A stretch of DNA of 64,000 nucleotides from Rotaria socialis (GCA_905331295.1 CAJNYD010000105.1:1-64000), one strand, 5' to 3'. Positions 1 through 14,171 are shown, numbered from the stretch's first letter. A program made the numbers and translations. The notes: generated from the letters alone by a model not told the origin.

Positions 1-13
1 AGATCCGCCACTG
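1..13. mobile_element. Possible right terminus of a hAT-type TIR element cut by the window edge
   Basis: Window begins AGATCCGCCACTG, the reverse complement of CAGTGGCGGATCT, a common hAT/MITE terminus. The partner end and TSD are not visible. Confidence 0.3.
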
Positions 14-1172
14 CCTACAATAATAACATATTCATCGAATATCTTTCAAAACACTCCTTCTTTTAGATTTTTTAATTTTATTTTTATAAATTTCTTTCGA
101 CATTTTTACTGTCGACCAAAGTTGAGTTTACCGTAAATATCGCCGTGCATATCGTATCGAAAATTTTTGCTCAAGGAGTTCAACCACAACTGAATATGTT
201 TCAGCGTCGATGATAGTATTGTTTTATATTGTAACAATAATTGTTAGATATTCTTGAATATGTTCTAAGAATTTTGTGCTCTGTACAAATGTGGTGCAAA
301 TATTGGAATCTCTTTGAAGATTAAAAATTTTCCTCTTATATATTTCATGGAGCTTTACTTATCGTTTACATCAAGTATTCATCGAAGATATATCTGCTAT
401 GGGGAAAATTTACATTGTGAATTCTATTATTGATGAGAAAGTGTTGGAGTTTGAAAAGGTTCACATTAGAAGAATTGTCTTTTTTAAAATCCCGAGTCTT
501 CTGGTTTTCTTTCAGGTTTATTGAAAATTAGAATTGACATAAAACGATTTTCCGCTACTAGAATTTTTTAGAGGCTGATTCAGTAGAATATGGATAACTT
601 GTTTTTCAAAGTATATCTCGTATTATCAGGCAAAAAAGCTTGAAAATTAAAAAATATGTAATTTGAATATATTTCGTAAAATGCAAAAACTAAAACCATT
701 CTTCTTTCATCCGAAGCAGAGCAGCAACCCAACTAAATTGCAGTGCAATAAAGATGTTCTGATTTGCTCTTCGATCGATAGTCTGCGCAACATTCTATAT
801 ATTTTCAATAGACACTTACGAATGATGCTCGAGTTCTACTTCTATACATGTACCCAATCATGTCTCGAGGCTTTCAACTAGTCGTCATGTTATACGCATT
901 AATCAACGCATTACTCAGACATTCTCCTAGTTTTTCCCCTAGAGAATTCTCTTGTTTATTTTCTGTTCTTTTTTTTGTCCATTTCTATTAATATATTTTT
1001 TTGTTTTTTTGTTTTCTTTCTGCTTTGGTATCATCGTGATATTGATTTCTGGTTGCCTATTTTTGTCCTTGCCATTTTTTCCCGAGAAGATAACGATAGA
1101 TTCACTTATTATTTAGTGTTGCACGTCTGCAAACGAGAAAAATATCAATTGCAACGATATTATCTGATAAAT

Positions 1173-2516
1173 ATGACTGACCCCCGATGCATTGGAATAA
1201 TTGGTTGTGGCGACATGGGTTTTGCTCTTGCTCATCGTTTAACTCATTCGGGTTTTACTGTTCTAATGGGAAGTCGAGATCCGAAAAATCGACGTCATCT
1301 AAACTATGAAATAACTTCAATTACTGATTGTATCCATCGTTCTTTTATCATATTTATTGCGACACACGCTGAACATTATACAAATGTACTGATTTCACCC
1401 TTAGAACATAATCCGACATTATTCGATCGGAAAATTGTAATTGACATATCGAACCAACAAGATCAAAAAACACGTCAAGATGACTTTTCAAACGCTGAAC
1501 GTCTTCAAATTGCTATACCAAGTGCATATATTGTTAAAGCCTTTAATACAATATCATCATTTGTTATGCAAAATACAACAGCCGGTGAACCACGAAGTGT
1601 TCCTGTTGCTAGTGATCATTCATTGGCACGAGATAAAGTAATGATGCTTGCTCGAGAAATGAATTTCGAATCATATAATAGTGGTTCACTTCGAGCGGCT
1701 CGTCATTTGGAAACGTATACGCGCACCTTGTTTCCTGGTTGGATTGTACCCATTATTATAGCTATAATTGTTCTATTCGGCTGGTTAATTTATACGCTTC
1801 TTACGAAATTTATATATGTGAAAACGACATCATGGGATCAATTATTTTTACACATGACTAATAAAGTTTTATGTGCTAGTGCTATTACAATGTTATCTCT
1901 TGTTTATATGCCATCAAATTTAGCCTGTATATTTCAATTAGCATATGGAAATAAAGAAAAACGATTTCCGACATGGCTGGACAAATGGTTACTCAGCCGA
2001 AAACAACTTGGTTTACTTACATTTGCAATTTCTTTATTTCATGTTCTTAGTACTTTAGTTCTTATGTCACCTGGCTACTATAAATCATGGTTTCATCCGG
2101 CTAAAATAATTATATCAGCTAATCGAAATCAAACCGAAGTTATTGTTCCACATAGTGTTATGACTATAAAAGGCGAATTGGCATCATTAATGGGTATTTT
2201 AACTTTACTTCTAATGTCTTTATTAGCAATAACAAGTATTCCAGCAATTGCTAATTTATTAAATTGGCGAGAATGGAGATTTATTCAATCGAAACTAGGT
2301 ACATTTACATTATTGTTAGCTATTGGACATGCATTCGCTATGGCAATACCACGCTGGATCACAATTGGATTTGTCCAGTCACTTAGAACAACTGGATTTC
2401 ATTGTGTAGTATTTCCTGTTATTACAATTCTGCTGAAGTTTGTATTATGTTTACCATGTTTTGCTCGGCCAATACGCCAGATTCGTCACAGTGAAAAACC
2501 AAAGCACGTAGTTTGA
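1173..2516 (+). CDS. STEAP4: STEAP2/3/4-family metalloreductase (NADPH oxidoreductase domain plus ferric-reductase TM domain), intronless
   Basis: ORF 975..2516 with likely ATG at 1173. Rossmann GIIGCGDMG, DISN, VKAFNTIS, WLLSRKQLGL and LNWREWRFIQSKLG motifs, heme His in SLFHVL and AIGHAF, and multiple TM helices. Paralog assignment is approximate. Confidence 0.9.
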   Translation: MTDPRCIGIIGCGDMGFALAHRLTHSGFTVLMGSRDPKNRRHLNYEITSITDCIHRSFIIFIATHAEHYTNVLISPLEHNPTLFDRKIVIDISNQQDQKTRQDDFSNAERLQIAIPSAYIVKAFNTISSFVMQNTTAGEPRSVPVASDHSLARDKVMMLAREMNFESYNSGSLRAARHLETYTRTLFPGWIVPIIIAIIVLFGWLIYTLLTKFIYVKTTSWDQLFLHMTNKVLCASAITMLSLVYMPSNLACIFQLAYGNKEKRFPTWLDKWLLSRKQLGLLTFAISLFHVLSTLVLMSPGYYKSWFHPAKIIISANRNQTEVIVPHSVMTIKGELASLMGILTLLLMSLLAITSIPAIANLLNWREWRFIQSKLGTFTLLLAIGHAFAMAIPRWITIGFVQSLRTTGFHCVVFPVITILLKFVLCLPCFARPIRQIRHSEKPKHVV

Positions 2517-3072
2517 GCAACTTTGTATATGTATTTGTTTTCTTTTTAAAATATCTCCCTACCTTTGCGTGTCAATATTAATTCGACTTTAAATAAATAT
2601 GAAAATGATGTCAAGAGATAATAAATATTTATGTTGGATGATGGGATATAACTGTCAAAAGATAAGTACGTATGTGTATGTTATCATTTAGAACAGTTTC
2701 TCCTTAATATAAACCAAATGATAATTAACTGAAAGAATATACACATACAATAAACATTCTAATAGAAACATATATTAGGTCGAATAAAGTACTAAACATT
2801 TATCCATAGCCGCGTATATCTTATTTCTTTTTTGCCATGATATATATTTCTGGATTTCTAATCGAGAATCTCCAATATGCTATTTGCAAGATATGAATAA
2901 GAATTATTATCTAATTAAACGGCTGATGAGGCTATAGTTCATTTATTTTGAGAAACTTTTGTATAACAGCAAAATAAAAATCTCCTTTTTCAATGCACAA
3001 CAGTTTATTTGATCATTTTCGGTTAACACAGGAAAACAAATCAGTATTTTAGACAGATGAATCAAATAGATT

Positions 3073-4829
3073 TTATATGATTGTAGAATTCAACTTTGGT
3101 ATTGATACAATATTCCGAGGATCATAAAGTAGACCTGAACAGAAAAAAAATAAATATTTAAAAATTCGAAAATTTCGATTATTATACCAGCAATCGATGC
3201 AGTCATCAATGAAACCATATTGCCACCGATTAACGCACGTGGTGCAATTTTTATTAAAGCTCGTTTTCGTTGAGGTGCAAATACACTTAATGTTGCTAAT
3301 GCGATACCCATGGAACCAAAATTAGCAAAACCTGCTCATACATAAATTAAAGTTCAAAAGCAACAAAAAAAAACGACACTTACCACACAGCGCGTAAGTC
3401 AAAATAATTATTGAACTTTCCTAAAGTGATAAGAAAATTTTTCATATTTTTTGTTGGAAATAACTTCATATTTTTCTATAATATTTACATCCCACAACAT
3501 TCGAGTGCCAACTGGCAGTGGGAAGTTACCGCTTAAATATTCGGAAAATGTCTCATTTGCTATAAGCTCATCGCGCAATTTACGAATTTTGCCGAGCTCT
3601 TCATAAGCAATGAACTATTCAATAGAGAAAAGAAACGAAATTACTATTTATGGAAATACATCCTGTTTGTCATAACTTTTTACTTCATTTAAGCTAACTT
3701 TGATACCAATTAATTTTGATGCAAGAAGACAATCACGAAATGGTATACCAATTATAACTGCAAATGGATAAAACAGTAAACCTAGTAAATATTGAAAATT
3801 AACTTCAGGATGATGCACCATATTGAAAAGCCACGATATTGTAACATCAAGAAAATTGAGAACACCAATAAACGCTATTAAATTTGCAATTAGATAGCCA
3901 CAAATTTTTAACGCGTTTCCAGCTCCGGTCATCAAAGCATCGATTGCATTGTGTTGTGGTCTAGTTTAACAAAAAACGATAAACATATAAAGACGTAGAC
4001 AATTAAGGAATTCTTTAATTGAACTTAGTTTTTAGACTACACATATTTTGGAATCTCAACGCTTGCGAGAGTCAACGAGCCAAACGACAAAACTCCGTGT
4101 GTTTTCATTTGAAAGAGAACTAGCGTGTGTACGTGGTGTGAATAGAGGAAATATCACAGATACACCCTGTTAGCAGCAAGAACATATTTTCCACATCTGT
4201 ACGTCATTTCTTCTCTGATTTAGATAAGAATTAGTTCCGGCAAAATTTCCATTCAAGTAAAAGCATCGTATTCTAACTAAAACTTACGGTAGTGGTATAT
4301 TTTTCACAATTTCCCATGATGTTTTTGATTTATGTGTTTCTGGTAACAAAAGTTTGGCAAAACCAAGTGCACTAGGTGCAGCCATAACACTAGCAGCAAT
4401 TAAATGATTTGCTGGAACACCAAAAGATATAAAAATTGCAAGAATGGATCCTAATATATTGAAAGAAATTAATTACGAGCAGAAAAATAAAATTCTACTC
4501 TCAAACCTGCCATTGTTGCAAAACCACCGACTAAGACAGCATGAAGTTCAGATGTTGTCATCATTGGTACTAATGGCATGATCATCAGTGGTGCTTCGCT
4601 CATTCCCACAAATATATTTGCAGCTGCATTCAATGACTAGAAATATACATGTGTTCAATTTTTATTCAAACATATCTACAAAAAGATTGCAATTAGGACT
4701 GCAGTCGAATTTCTCTGATTAACTCTTATAGAAACCCTTATTTCTACACAGGAGTCAATCGGCTATCAATATTATTCTGATTATCGCTGGCCCGTCGCAC
4801 ACTCACATTGATTGCATACAAGGTAACCG

Positions 4830-4879
<50 letters not shown>

Positions 4880-7101
4880 NCCCATTTATTGCAAACAAGG
4901 TAACCTCCCCCCCCCCCCCCGTATAAGACCACGTTCGAACAAAAGTTCAAACGCCCTATTAGAAGGCCATGCACTAATTAATTAATAAATCACAAAAATA
5001 TTGAATTTTTAATAATTTTGTAAAAACTGTACTATTTATGAGAGGATAGGAAGAATTTCGCAAAGAAAACACTAGAAAATCGATTATATTTCTATAATTA
5101 TTAATTATAAAATGGTAGTTTTTTTAGTGACAAGCACCTAAAAAAAGAATAATTAAGGTTATTAATTAATTATTCATTTTTAAAAATATTTTAATTAATA
5201 ATTGACCAAAAATTGGCCCTCAATAGAAGACCACCCAAAAAGTAGCGATGTGCTGAGGCACTGTAAAAGACCATGGCCTTTTATTCTGGGGGGGGGGTAG
5301 TAGAGAGCCGTAACGGCGGCACTACTTTTAAGGAATTTTGAAGTTTTAGCGAAATTTAGGAATCGAAATTCGAGAGCCTAAACCAAATGCTATATAATTC
5401 GATNCCACCTGGGCGTTTTTGCGGGGGGGGGGGGGGGTAGTAGAGATCCGTAACGGCGTCACTACTTTTAAGGAATTTTGAAGTTTTAGCGAAATTTAGG
5501 AATCGAAATTCGAGAGCCTAAACCAAATGCTATATAATTCGCTATAAAAACAAAACTAATAGATACTTCAGCTGCTGTTGTATTTAAACATTTCTGCATC
5601 AGCCAAGCAATTTTGCCAATAATATATTGCATAGCACCAAAATAATAGAGAGTATTTATTACAGCTCCAAGAAAAATAATTATTGACGTCACCTTAAGTA
5701 ACAAAAAGAAATGAAAAATATGCATTTTGACAAGATTTACTTTAAAAACATAAAAATGATCTTCATAATCTTTTCCAAAGACAAATATTCCTCCGGCAGC
5801 TGCATTACTAAATAACGATAAGAATTTTATTCATAGAATTCAATTTTACCATTATATTTCTTACTCAATAAATTTTACTACTGCATCTCCAAGAAATTCA
5901 AAAAGTTGCAAACCAACCTTAACGCGAATAACAAAAGTAGCTAATAAGAATTGTAGTATAAACGAATAGAATACAGTTGACCATCGAATCTAATTTATCA
6001 TGATACCAAAATCAACAATAGATTTTATACTCCGTTCGAATTTAAATCTTTGTCCTACCTACCCGATGAGGATATTTTGAGCCTATTTAAATTAGATGAA
6101 AACTTCTCTTTTTCCTATTTCAAAATTCGACATACCAAGTGTTCCAAGCAAAATCAATGTAAATATACCAATCAATGAAACTAAATTTCTGGTTCGTGTT
6201 AATGTCAATCCAATATACAGAGCTACAGCAAGAAAAACTAGGATATGTGTAATCCTATTCATTCAATGAATAAATAAATACAAAGTTATATAAATGAAGA
6301 TTCAATTATATACCAAAAATATTTATCTATTAGTTTTTTCAGTCGAGTCAATGATGGATTATTCGAAGTTGAGGTTGAAATGGCCTTAATCACACGTTCG
6401 AGTGAACTTCGAAGAAATTTTTCCCATGCAACAACAAAAACAACAAAAACAACAAAAAAAAATAGAGCAAAACCTAAACAAAAAAATCAATGGTACGAAT
6501 TCGAAAAAAATCAAGCAGTTCTTACCATAATTTCCTCGAAATATGTTTCCACTTATAGGAAACGCGGGTGTTCCGTATTGCGCACTCATAGCAAAACCAA
6601 AATAGATTATAAAACCAATTAAAAGTATTATTTTAACTGCATTAGCGGCTTTGGTCTATTCCAAATTAAACAAAGATAATTATTACATCGAACAAGATTT
6701 TTCTTACTCTATCTTTTTTAATCAAATTAACCAGAAATTCATGAAATTTTAGCACCAATAAGCCAAGTCTGTGTCCTTCATCTGGTAGTCTTTCAAAACC
6801 TATGTTATTTTTGTCTTCATCGTCATCATCATCGCCGTCGTCGTCGTCGTTGTCGTCATTATCATCAAGTTTTTCTGGTAACTTTGTTGTTATAATTTTT
6901 CCATTTTCACGAGAGGTTCCCGGTAGTTCTTGAGTCGAAAATACAGGGTTTTCATAGCCGGCTGGTTTCTAAATGAAATGATTATTTCAAAATTGTAATT
7001 ATCTTCAATTTTCTTTTATAAATTACAAGGTCAACTTTATCAGATGCTACCAATGGATTTGCTCGGGGCACATTGTATTCATGAAGCTCATACTCAAGCA
7101 T
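3073..7101 (-). CDS. SLC28A3: Concentrative nucleoside transporter (SLC28/CNT), multi-exon
   Basis: Exons encode [77 protein letters not shown] and [17 protein letters not shown] at 7101 (MLEYELH...), TAA at 3073, with an acidic Asp-rich N-terminal stretch at ~6815-6866. Paralog assignment is approximate. Confidence 0.9.
4901..5299. mobile_element. Probable pogo/Tc1-type MITE in an SLC28 intron, with poly-C/poly-G termini
   Basis: Left end (C)n-GTATAAGACCAC. Right end CATGGCCTTTTATTCT(G)n-TA, whose reverse complement is TA(C)nAGAATAAAAGGCCATG. Internal repeats of AGA[A/G]G[A/G]CCA. Flanked by N-containing poly-G assembly breaks. Confidence 0.45.
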
Positions 7102-7627
7102 ATCAACAGCGACCTAAAATATATTGTTCTACTTTTAAAATTTATTGGTTTAAAATAACTTACCTTAGTCATTTTATTTTTTTCTCGTTATATTTGATTG
7201 TTATTATCTATATCCAATTGTGTCTGAGATAGATTTAATGAAAGGATACGGGTAAATATGACATACAAAAAGTGTATTTATCTTGAGATTGATAACAATA
7301 TCAGAAAAGAATCGAAATCTTACAGTTTCGTTCTATACTATTCTTCTTTTATACGTCCTTCTATGTAATCCCACCTTTTGATATCTTCCTCTTGAATCTT
7401 ATTCGACTTCTTTTTATTGTTTTTTGTCTCTCTTTCTATCTTGTATCACCTGATAAGATGCGGGAAAATGACGTAGAATTTGCAAGTACTCGGGTTCTCG
7501 CTTGATCAACTATAATTCAATGTTTTATATACTATACAAAGCATGTGAAAGCACGAAAGATTTGAAAGCTTTCTTAGGAGATACGTGTGTCTATTTCATC
7601 TTTTCTAAATGTTCACCTGGTTTAACT

Positions 7628-7632
<5 letters not shown>

Positions 7633-7659
<27 letters not shown>
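7633..7659. repeat. (TA)n microsatellite
   Basis: Direct dinucleotide run. Confidence 0.9.
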
Positions 7660-9878
7660 TGTGCTTCACGCCTCGCTAACCCTTTGCATTCCTTTCGCTC
7701 ATTATTTTTATTCGTTTGACCGATTCACCAACGCGGTCAGTGCTTTTTTCATATTGTGAAAATTAGATTATCTTTTATTCGAACAAAGAGAGATACTCTC
7801 CTCATAACAGTCGCAAAACAAACTAAGCCGTTCGAAAGTAATCTCTTCACTATTCCTATTATGCACTACTTAGTGTTATGGATTAAAGCATAAAATTTAT
7901 TTTTTTCGTTTTCTCTCTTGATTTGAATAATGGCCTTATATTTATCTTCGTTCTACTCTTTTTCTTCAAGTTTGTCATTACAAATGAAATGTTTCACAAT
8001 CTACCTATGCGCATTAGCTTAATTCGTATAATTGGTATGTTCAACATAACGTTGCTACTAGACATTTTCGTGTTGTCACTTATCTTGAATTGGCCTAAGA
8101 TAGATGTTCAATGTGTTCAATATTCAATCTCTATGAAGCATGATGATGGGCTTTAGTAAATAATCTTTATTTTTGGATAAAAGGACACAATGTCCAATGC
8201 TCATGCATCTGCTTTAGATTGCTGAGTCAATATTTGCTTTAGAGAAGGTATTTTGGTTAGTATTCAAACTGAATACTGTATGCTCTCTGCATATGCGTTG
8301 TGAATGAATTTACATTCGATTTGAAATAAATTAAAGCAATAAAAATCAGAATAGAAAAAAATATCGTTTAACAAGAAATACAATTCACACGGCTTCACTT
8401 GCTAATCTAATCGTCACATTGTGAATAGATTTTTGTACAACAGTAAATTTCATTTCTTATACGATCATTGATTTATGACGCACTTATTTCTATAATCTTA
8501 AGTACTACCAATGCTTCAATTTTCAATAGAACACATATTTGCAAATAATTCATTCCCGATTGAGTTCTAATTTTTGTCCTAAGCAAAATGCAAACAACGG
8601 TTAGTCCATATTGAGAATATAGTCTTGTCAAAAAGCATATGATGCATTGTTTATTTCTTTCTACACAACGATAGTTAATAAATCATTTGGTTCAAATTCA
8701 ACATGAAGGCTATTTTACTTGTACTGCAATCGAGTGACATCATTTGATTAGCAAGGTCAATATTTTGGGCCGAACAAAAAAATGCACCTAGCAGCTTTCG
8801 AGTGCATTAAATCATTACAAACTATAGAAATCTCGCTTTGAAAGTAGTCTCATTAAAGCCGGCGATAGTTGAATAATTATCGATTTTGCAACTTAGAGGT
8901 GTGAAGGAAGTAAGATAGTTTCATAGTTTGATTGATAATGTAAGTATCAAAGAAAATAAAATGTGGAACACGAGTAGAGATTTTCGTTTTATACGAATCG
9001 TTCCATGAATAATTAAGTAATATCTAAATACTTGATGAATACAATCTGTAAGTCAATACGTCATGGGCAGTACTATTTATTGATCGCATTTACGTGATAT
9101 AACTATAAGAACTAATCAATCATACTAATCTTACAAGTGAGCACTTTCTTCTACTCTATCGAGTTTCTCGAAGTTGGTTTTAGCATCCAGTGGAGTTTAT
9201 TCATACAGATATAATATTGACTGAAACGTTTCTTGAATTGAAAGAGACACGCTTTTATTCATCAAAAACAGTTACACGTCACCATCATATAGATATTTTG
9301 AATCATGATCTTATATAGATCCAATAAAATATCCTGGTGGTTTATGATTTTTTTACGGCGTTAGTATCGGATTCTAAACATGAGCTCTATTTTGTTAATG
9401 ATGTTTTTCAATATCGCGCTAGTCTTGCATATTTATCTACCTTGACATTAATCCTATGGAAATATATCTGCGTCAATAGTCTTATCTTCGACATTTTTTT
9501 TTATATAGATGTGCTGCCCGTGTTTTTGTTTTCAAATAAATTACGACCAAACATAGAAAGTAACATCTCTAATCTCAATGAACTATTTTTTGTCCTGATA
9601 AGCACGTGACCTCTAAAGAATGAATAAATCGATATATTTTCGTACCTTTATCATTGTAAATGTTCTTCATTAGGTTTATTTATATATACAATCTAAATTC
9701 TCGTTTGTGTATTTTATTGAAACTTCGAGACGACAATATTTTGTTTCGTAAAAATGCTTCTTGATTTATTCATCAAGATTCAAAAGCAAAAAAATAATCG
9801 TTTAATTTCTTTTGTTGTTGAATATGATTAACCCAGAGTGCTTCCTATTTAATGTTGTCATAATAATAGCAATAGGCT

Positions 9879-10837
9879 CAGGGTTGCCAGCTGTTCAGGT
9901 CCCAAATGGGGTACACGTTAGGTACAGCTCAGTTGTAAATGGGGTACATTCATGAGGTACGCAGTTTACATCTTTCACACTGGTCATCGGCTGCGGAAAT
10001 CAATTTCAAAAACTATTTTCAATCAGGAAGGGGCATTCTCGGTTTTTCGTTTTACTATAAAGTCTAGCTGTCAAATTGAAATCTTTATTTTCTAATAAAT
10101 ATGTTCACAATAAAATTTCATTTTGTCATACATATATTCAATTCAATCATAATAAAACAATGCTTACTCAAAGCGAACCTGCTCGATTTATATTTACACT
10201 AACTGTTGCACGCTTTTTTTCGAAACTGTATTTTTGTTGCCTTTTGCCACACTTTATCGGCTGCGGTTGTGTTTGAGCAAAAGAAAAAAAATCTTCACAT
10301 GTCATAGTACTATTAAATCTGATTTTCAATTCAGCAGCTATCGTTTCATTCACTGTCAAATTGCGACTGGCTGTCCATCCGCTTTTTCTTTGATTCAAAA
10401 CGCCTTCAACAAATGCATTCGAGCAAGGAATTGAGTACACATAAGAAATAATTTTGTACATTTCAATGCACATTGGTTTCGACTTTACAAGAAGAAAAGC
10501 CCAAAATTGATCAGACCGAAATTCCACTTCTCTTTCATGATTTTCGATCGTCGATTTGTGAATGAGATTATCTTCATCATGAGACTCGTTGCATATGTCA
10601 TTGTTGAATTCTTCATAAGCATGGCCATTAGCAGCCAACCAATATAATTGACGCTTCACATCTTTATCAATAGTAAATGTCGGATAAAGAGACAGAAATT
10701 TTCTTAGTTTCAACCAAAATATGGATGATAGTAGTCGTAACATTGAAAAATACAGATGAGGTACAAAGTGTGTACCTCAGAGGTACAATTGTTTTTGAGG
10801 TACAAAAGGCTCAAATGGGGTACGGCTGATAACCCTG
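9879..10837 (-). mobile_element. Internally deleted hAT DNA transposon
   Basis: TIRs CAGGGTTGCCAGCTGT (9879) and ACGGCTGATAACCCTG (10837). Perfect 8-bp TSD AATAGGCT at 9871-9878 and 10838-10845. Repeated subterminal AAATGGGGTAC/GAGGTAC motifs. Carries a transposase C-terminal fragment. Confidence 0.92.
10168..10743 (-). pseudogene. hAT transposase C-terminal (dimerisation-domain) fragment
   Basis: DQFW...YVYSIPCSNAFVEGVL...W...RN.L.....AEL.IRFN resembles the hATC motif S[IL]P.S.A..ER.FS. No N-terminal BED or catalytic region is present inside the 959-bp element. Confidence 0.8.
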
Positions 10838-11714
10838 AATAGGCTGCTGTGAAGTTTGCTTCAAATCTAAGACTTTATCAATAGCAAGTTGTTTTGTTGT
10901 TCTTGAATTCGTTATAGCGCTTCTTGATACACATTATGAATACCGTTAGTCGAAAATTTCAATTAATCAAATAATTTAACTTACATAAAAGGAATTTGTG
11001 ACAAGAATCATTTCAATGTCAAAGGCGAATTTCATCATGAGTTCATACGAAAAATATATTTTTGATTTTATTTTCTATAATTTATAGGAAACTCCGTTCT
11101 ACTCTTTATAAACATGAGTTCTGTTGAAGAGTGATTGTAAGAATGAATTTATTTGTAGTCCTGTTCAATAGAATCGTGTCAAAATTGAAATTAAAGAAAT
11201 CAGAAAGGTTCAAATAGTTGCTTTCAAGTTCAATGTCAATCTCTAATACTTGTGTCTGATTGAAAATGATTCTCTGTCAATTGAAAAGAAAATCTTTTAA
11301 ACCAATGCCATAGAACTGTACAAAAAATCACGCGTTTTTATTAGATTTGCACACTAAAGATTTAATAAGGGCGAACTTTTGAAGACACTTCAACCGTAAT
11401 CCCATTTGTAATATCAGTTTACATCAACGAAATGTTTTATTGACAATAAAACATTTGAATTCCAAATAAACATAAAATACATGTCAAACTGCGTTTCTAA
11501 TGTCGAACGAACAAGAAAAAATCAATCATCATCATTAAAACGTTTTATGTATGCATTGATAAAGCAACAAAATGAAATAAAACATTTTTCTCGTCGATTT
11601 AAATGTAGCTACTAGGAGGTCTGTTAACAACAGTCAAGACAGAAAAAAAACGAAATCATTTTTCAACATCGCTTGACTATTATTATTATTATTATTATTA
11701 TTTAAAATAATATT

Positions 11715-12860
11715 ATGGTTCATGTAACCGCAACAACCTTGCATCTTCATTATGACTTAGAAAAGCCGGGTTATCATGGTATTTAATTAATTAAAAAATA
11801 TTATGTTTACAAATTTGATTAGACTGTTGTGTTTTTCGTTAGGCTATGATCGTCGACATTTTCCTGAAAAGCATCGTTATGCTTTTAGTGAATGTAGTGC
11901 AAAGCCAAGAGGTCGTCTTTATATCTCTTCGCCAAGATCAAATCCTGATGATGAATGGCGTCCACACGGACGGCATGTTGAACCAATGTATACAGAGTAA
12001 GTACTACTTTATTCACAATGCAATCAAAAAATGAAGGAGGAAGACAAAGAAAACAAAAGAATGAAATTTGATCCGATGCAATAGAACAACAGTTGCCTTT
12101 CTCGGTTTTTGTTTAATTTTGTTTGATCTTTTCTTCTTATACAAACAGAGTATCATAGAAACTTTCATTTTCTTTTCTTTTTTCAATCATCATCTTATTA
12201 TTATTTATTTAAAGTATTGGACCGGATTGGCAATCTCGGATTCGTTATATTCCTTCGCCACACAATTCCGACACGAAGCCTACACTACCAGTTGGATTAA
12301 TAGAAAAAAATCTACATTTCGTTCGTCCTTATCCTCAAAATTGGCAACGTTCAGCGAATGAATGGATGTATTTTGCTGACGAATCAATAAACCAAAATTC
12401 ATCTAAACGTAATCATTTTGATAATATACATCTTCGTTCATTAGAAGATCTCGGTGATCAAAACATGTCGATGGTACAAATTGGACATAAGAAAAAAGTT
12501 TTAGATATTCGTAATGGTTTGAAGAAAAAATCCGAAGGCGACAAAAACTATCGGACTGTTGAGCAATCGCCTGAATTTCATAAATACGGTACAACATTGC
12601 CTGTTGTCGATTTTGGACACGAAAAGAAACGACAAGGAAATGCGAGAAACTTCGTACCAATGAGAAATGATAGAATTCACATTATTGATGAACGTGAATT
12701 TACTCAAAAAGAACGCCAACAAGAAAAAGAAAATATTATTGATGAAGTGGTTCAGTTAGACAATTGGAAACCGGCCGAACGCGTTAAAAGTGCATTTAAA
12801 GTATTTGATCTTGATCCAAACGATAAATATGGAGGAAAGTACAGACCTCGTATTCGATAA
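11715..12860 (+). CDS. SPATS1: SPATS1-like (spermatogenesis-associated serine-rich 1 family) protein, ~3 exons
   Basis: Exons ~11715-11778, ~11843-11996 and ~12214-12860 with GT-AG ends. EGDKNYRTVEQSPEFHKYGTT and C-terminal EVVQLDNWKPA resemble the SPATS1 conserved blocks. Confidence 0.6.
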
Positions 12861-12966
12861 TTTATTATTTTTGATTATTTGAAAAGAAAAGAAAACGGAA
12901 AATAAAACTGTCAGGTACTATATAATTGACTGGGAATCATTTACTGACAAGATCGAGATGTATAAA

Positions 12967-13446
12967 TTATTTGAGTCCACCAATCTAACAGAAAATAAAA
13001 AAGTCTATTTTTCTATGAACGAAAATAAAAGTCATACGGCAATAAGATCAATTTCATCTTGTGTTAATGCACGTCGGCGATATTTTGTAGGTGTTTCTAA
13101 AAATGCAAATGATGTTGACTTATGAGCAGCTTTTAATTGATTTGTAGCCGGAACTGGCGCAGCAGTATTTTTATTTATATGCACTTCATGTTTGTGTGTG
13201 GCTGATTTTTGATCTATGAAAGAAGAAATTACGAACAGTTTAGGTTTCATTCAATGATCGATAAAGAAAGTATGGTACTTGATGAGTTTGTACCAGCTTG
13301 ATTCAAACCATATCTGAAACGAATCATCGGTGCATGATGCCGTAGTGCTTTCTATAAATGAGGAAACAAGAAGATTTTGAATGCAAAAACAAATTGAAAT
13401 TTAATCTGAAATAACTCACCTGAACATGAGCTATCATAGTCGACAT
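12967..13446 (-). CDS. KGD4: Alpha-ketoglutarate dehydrogenase component 4 / MRPS36, 4 small exons
   Basis: Spliced product MSTMIAHVQ|KALRHHAPMIRFRYG...|...ETPTKYRRRALTQDEIDLIA|IGGLK*. Has the N-terminal H.P.I.F motif and the C-terminal P.RYRR..L...EI..I..GG motif of KGD4. Confidence 0.8.
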
Positions 13447-14171
13447 AATCGGCGAGAAATGAAAGTAACGAAAATCTAAAAGTAGTGTTTCCTACTCGTT
13501 AATTTCACTGATCCTATGTAATAATCAATATTACAAAAATTTAATAGATCATTCATAAATATTCTACGGCAAAAACAAAATTTGTTCAAGTTCATTCGAA
13601 TTATATGTCGCAATGTGTACTAGAAGCTATTTAATTTTAAACAGAGCTGCTAAAACAGAATTATAAATATTTGACTGTCTATATACTTGACATGATTTAA
13701 CCGTTAGACCTAAAAATGTTGTTTATAATTGTAGGTATCATTTTTTCCTCTATTTCATTAATTTTCTTTAAAGCTTCAATTGATGGTAAGAGTATAACTG
13801 AATCTGTCAAGAGAATATTCAGATTTGAAAGTGTGTTACTCGATGTATTATTCAAAGAATAAAACAATTGTGGGTGTAGATCATACTGATAAAAGACAGC
13901 TAATATTGATCATATAGGCTGTGTTCTTTGCTTATTTTCGAACTAAATCAATACCCAAATATAGTCAAAATTTTGCTCGATATCATACAGGTGTATTGTA
14001 AGCATTATGTTTTTTTAGATTGGATCGCAAGGTACAGTTATAAAAAAAAAAGAAGCCAATAAAATGAAACTTGGTTGTGATTGACGAGGAGCGACATCTG
14101 CCAGAAGAATGACTGATAAATAATAAACGAAAAGGATGTATTTCGTTATTCTTTGACCTCGAAAAAAAATA

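Noticed and set aside
975..1172. Hydrophobic N-terminal extension of the STEAP ORF
   Set aside because: Begins at TTG in T-rich sequence, and homology starts at ATG 1173.
4811..4920. Long poly-G run and 76-aa poly-Pro/Gly ORF (4744..4974)
   Set aside because: Contains an N and a duplicated flank (ATTGCA.ACAAGGTAACC on both sides). This is a sequencing/assembly artefact at a homopolymer, not a gene or G-quadruplex system.
5291..5541. ~110-bp direct repeat (5291-5403 and ~5431-5541)
   Set aside because: The copies are separated by an N gap next to poly-G, so this is most likely overlapping contig ends rather than a real duplication or LTR.
7200..9870. Short F/I/L-rich ORFs in the long intergenic region
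   Set aside because: Composition reflects AT-rich non-coding DNA. No motifs or coherent splice structure.
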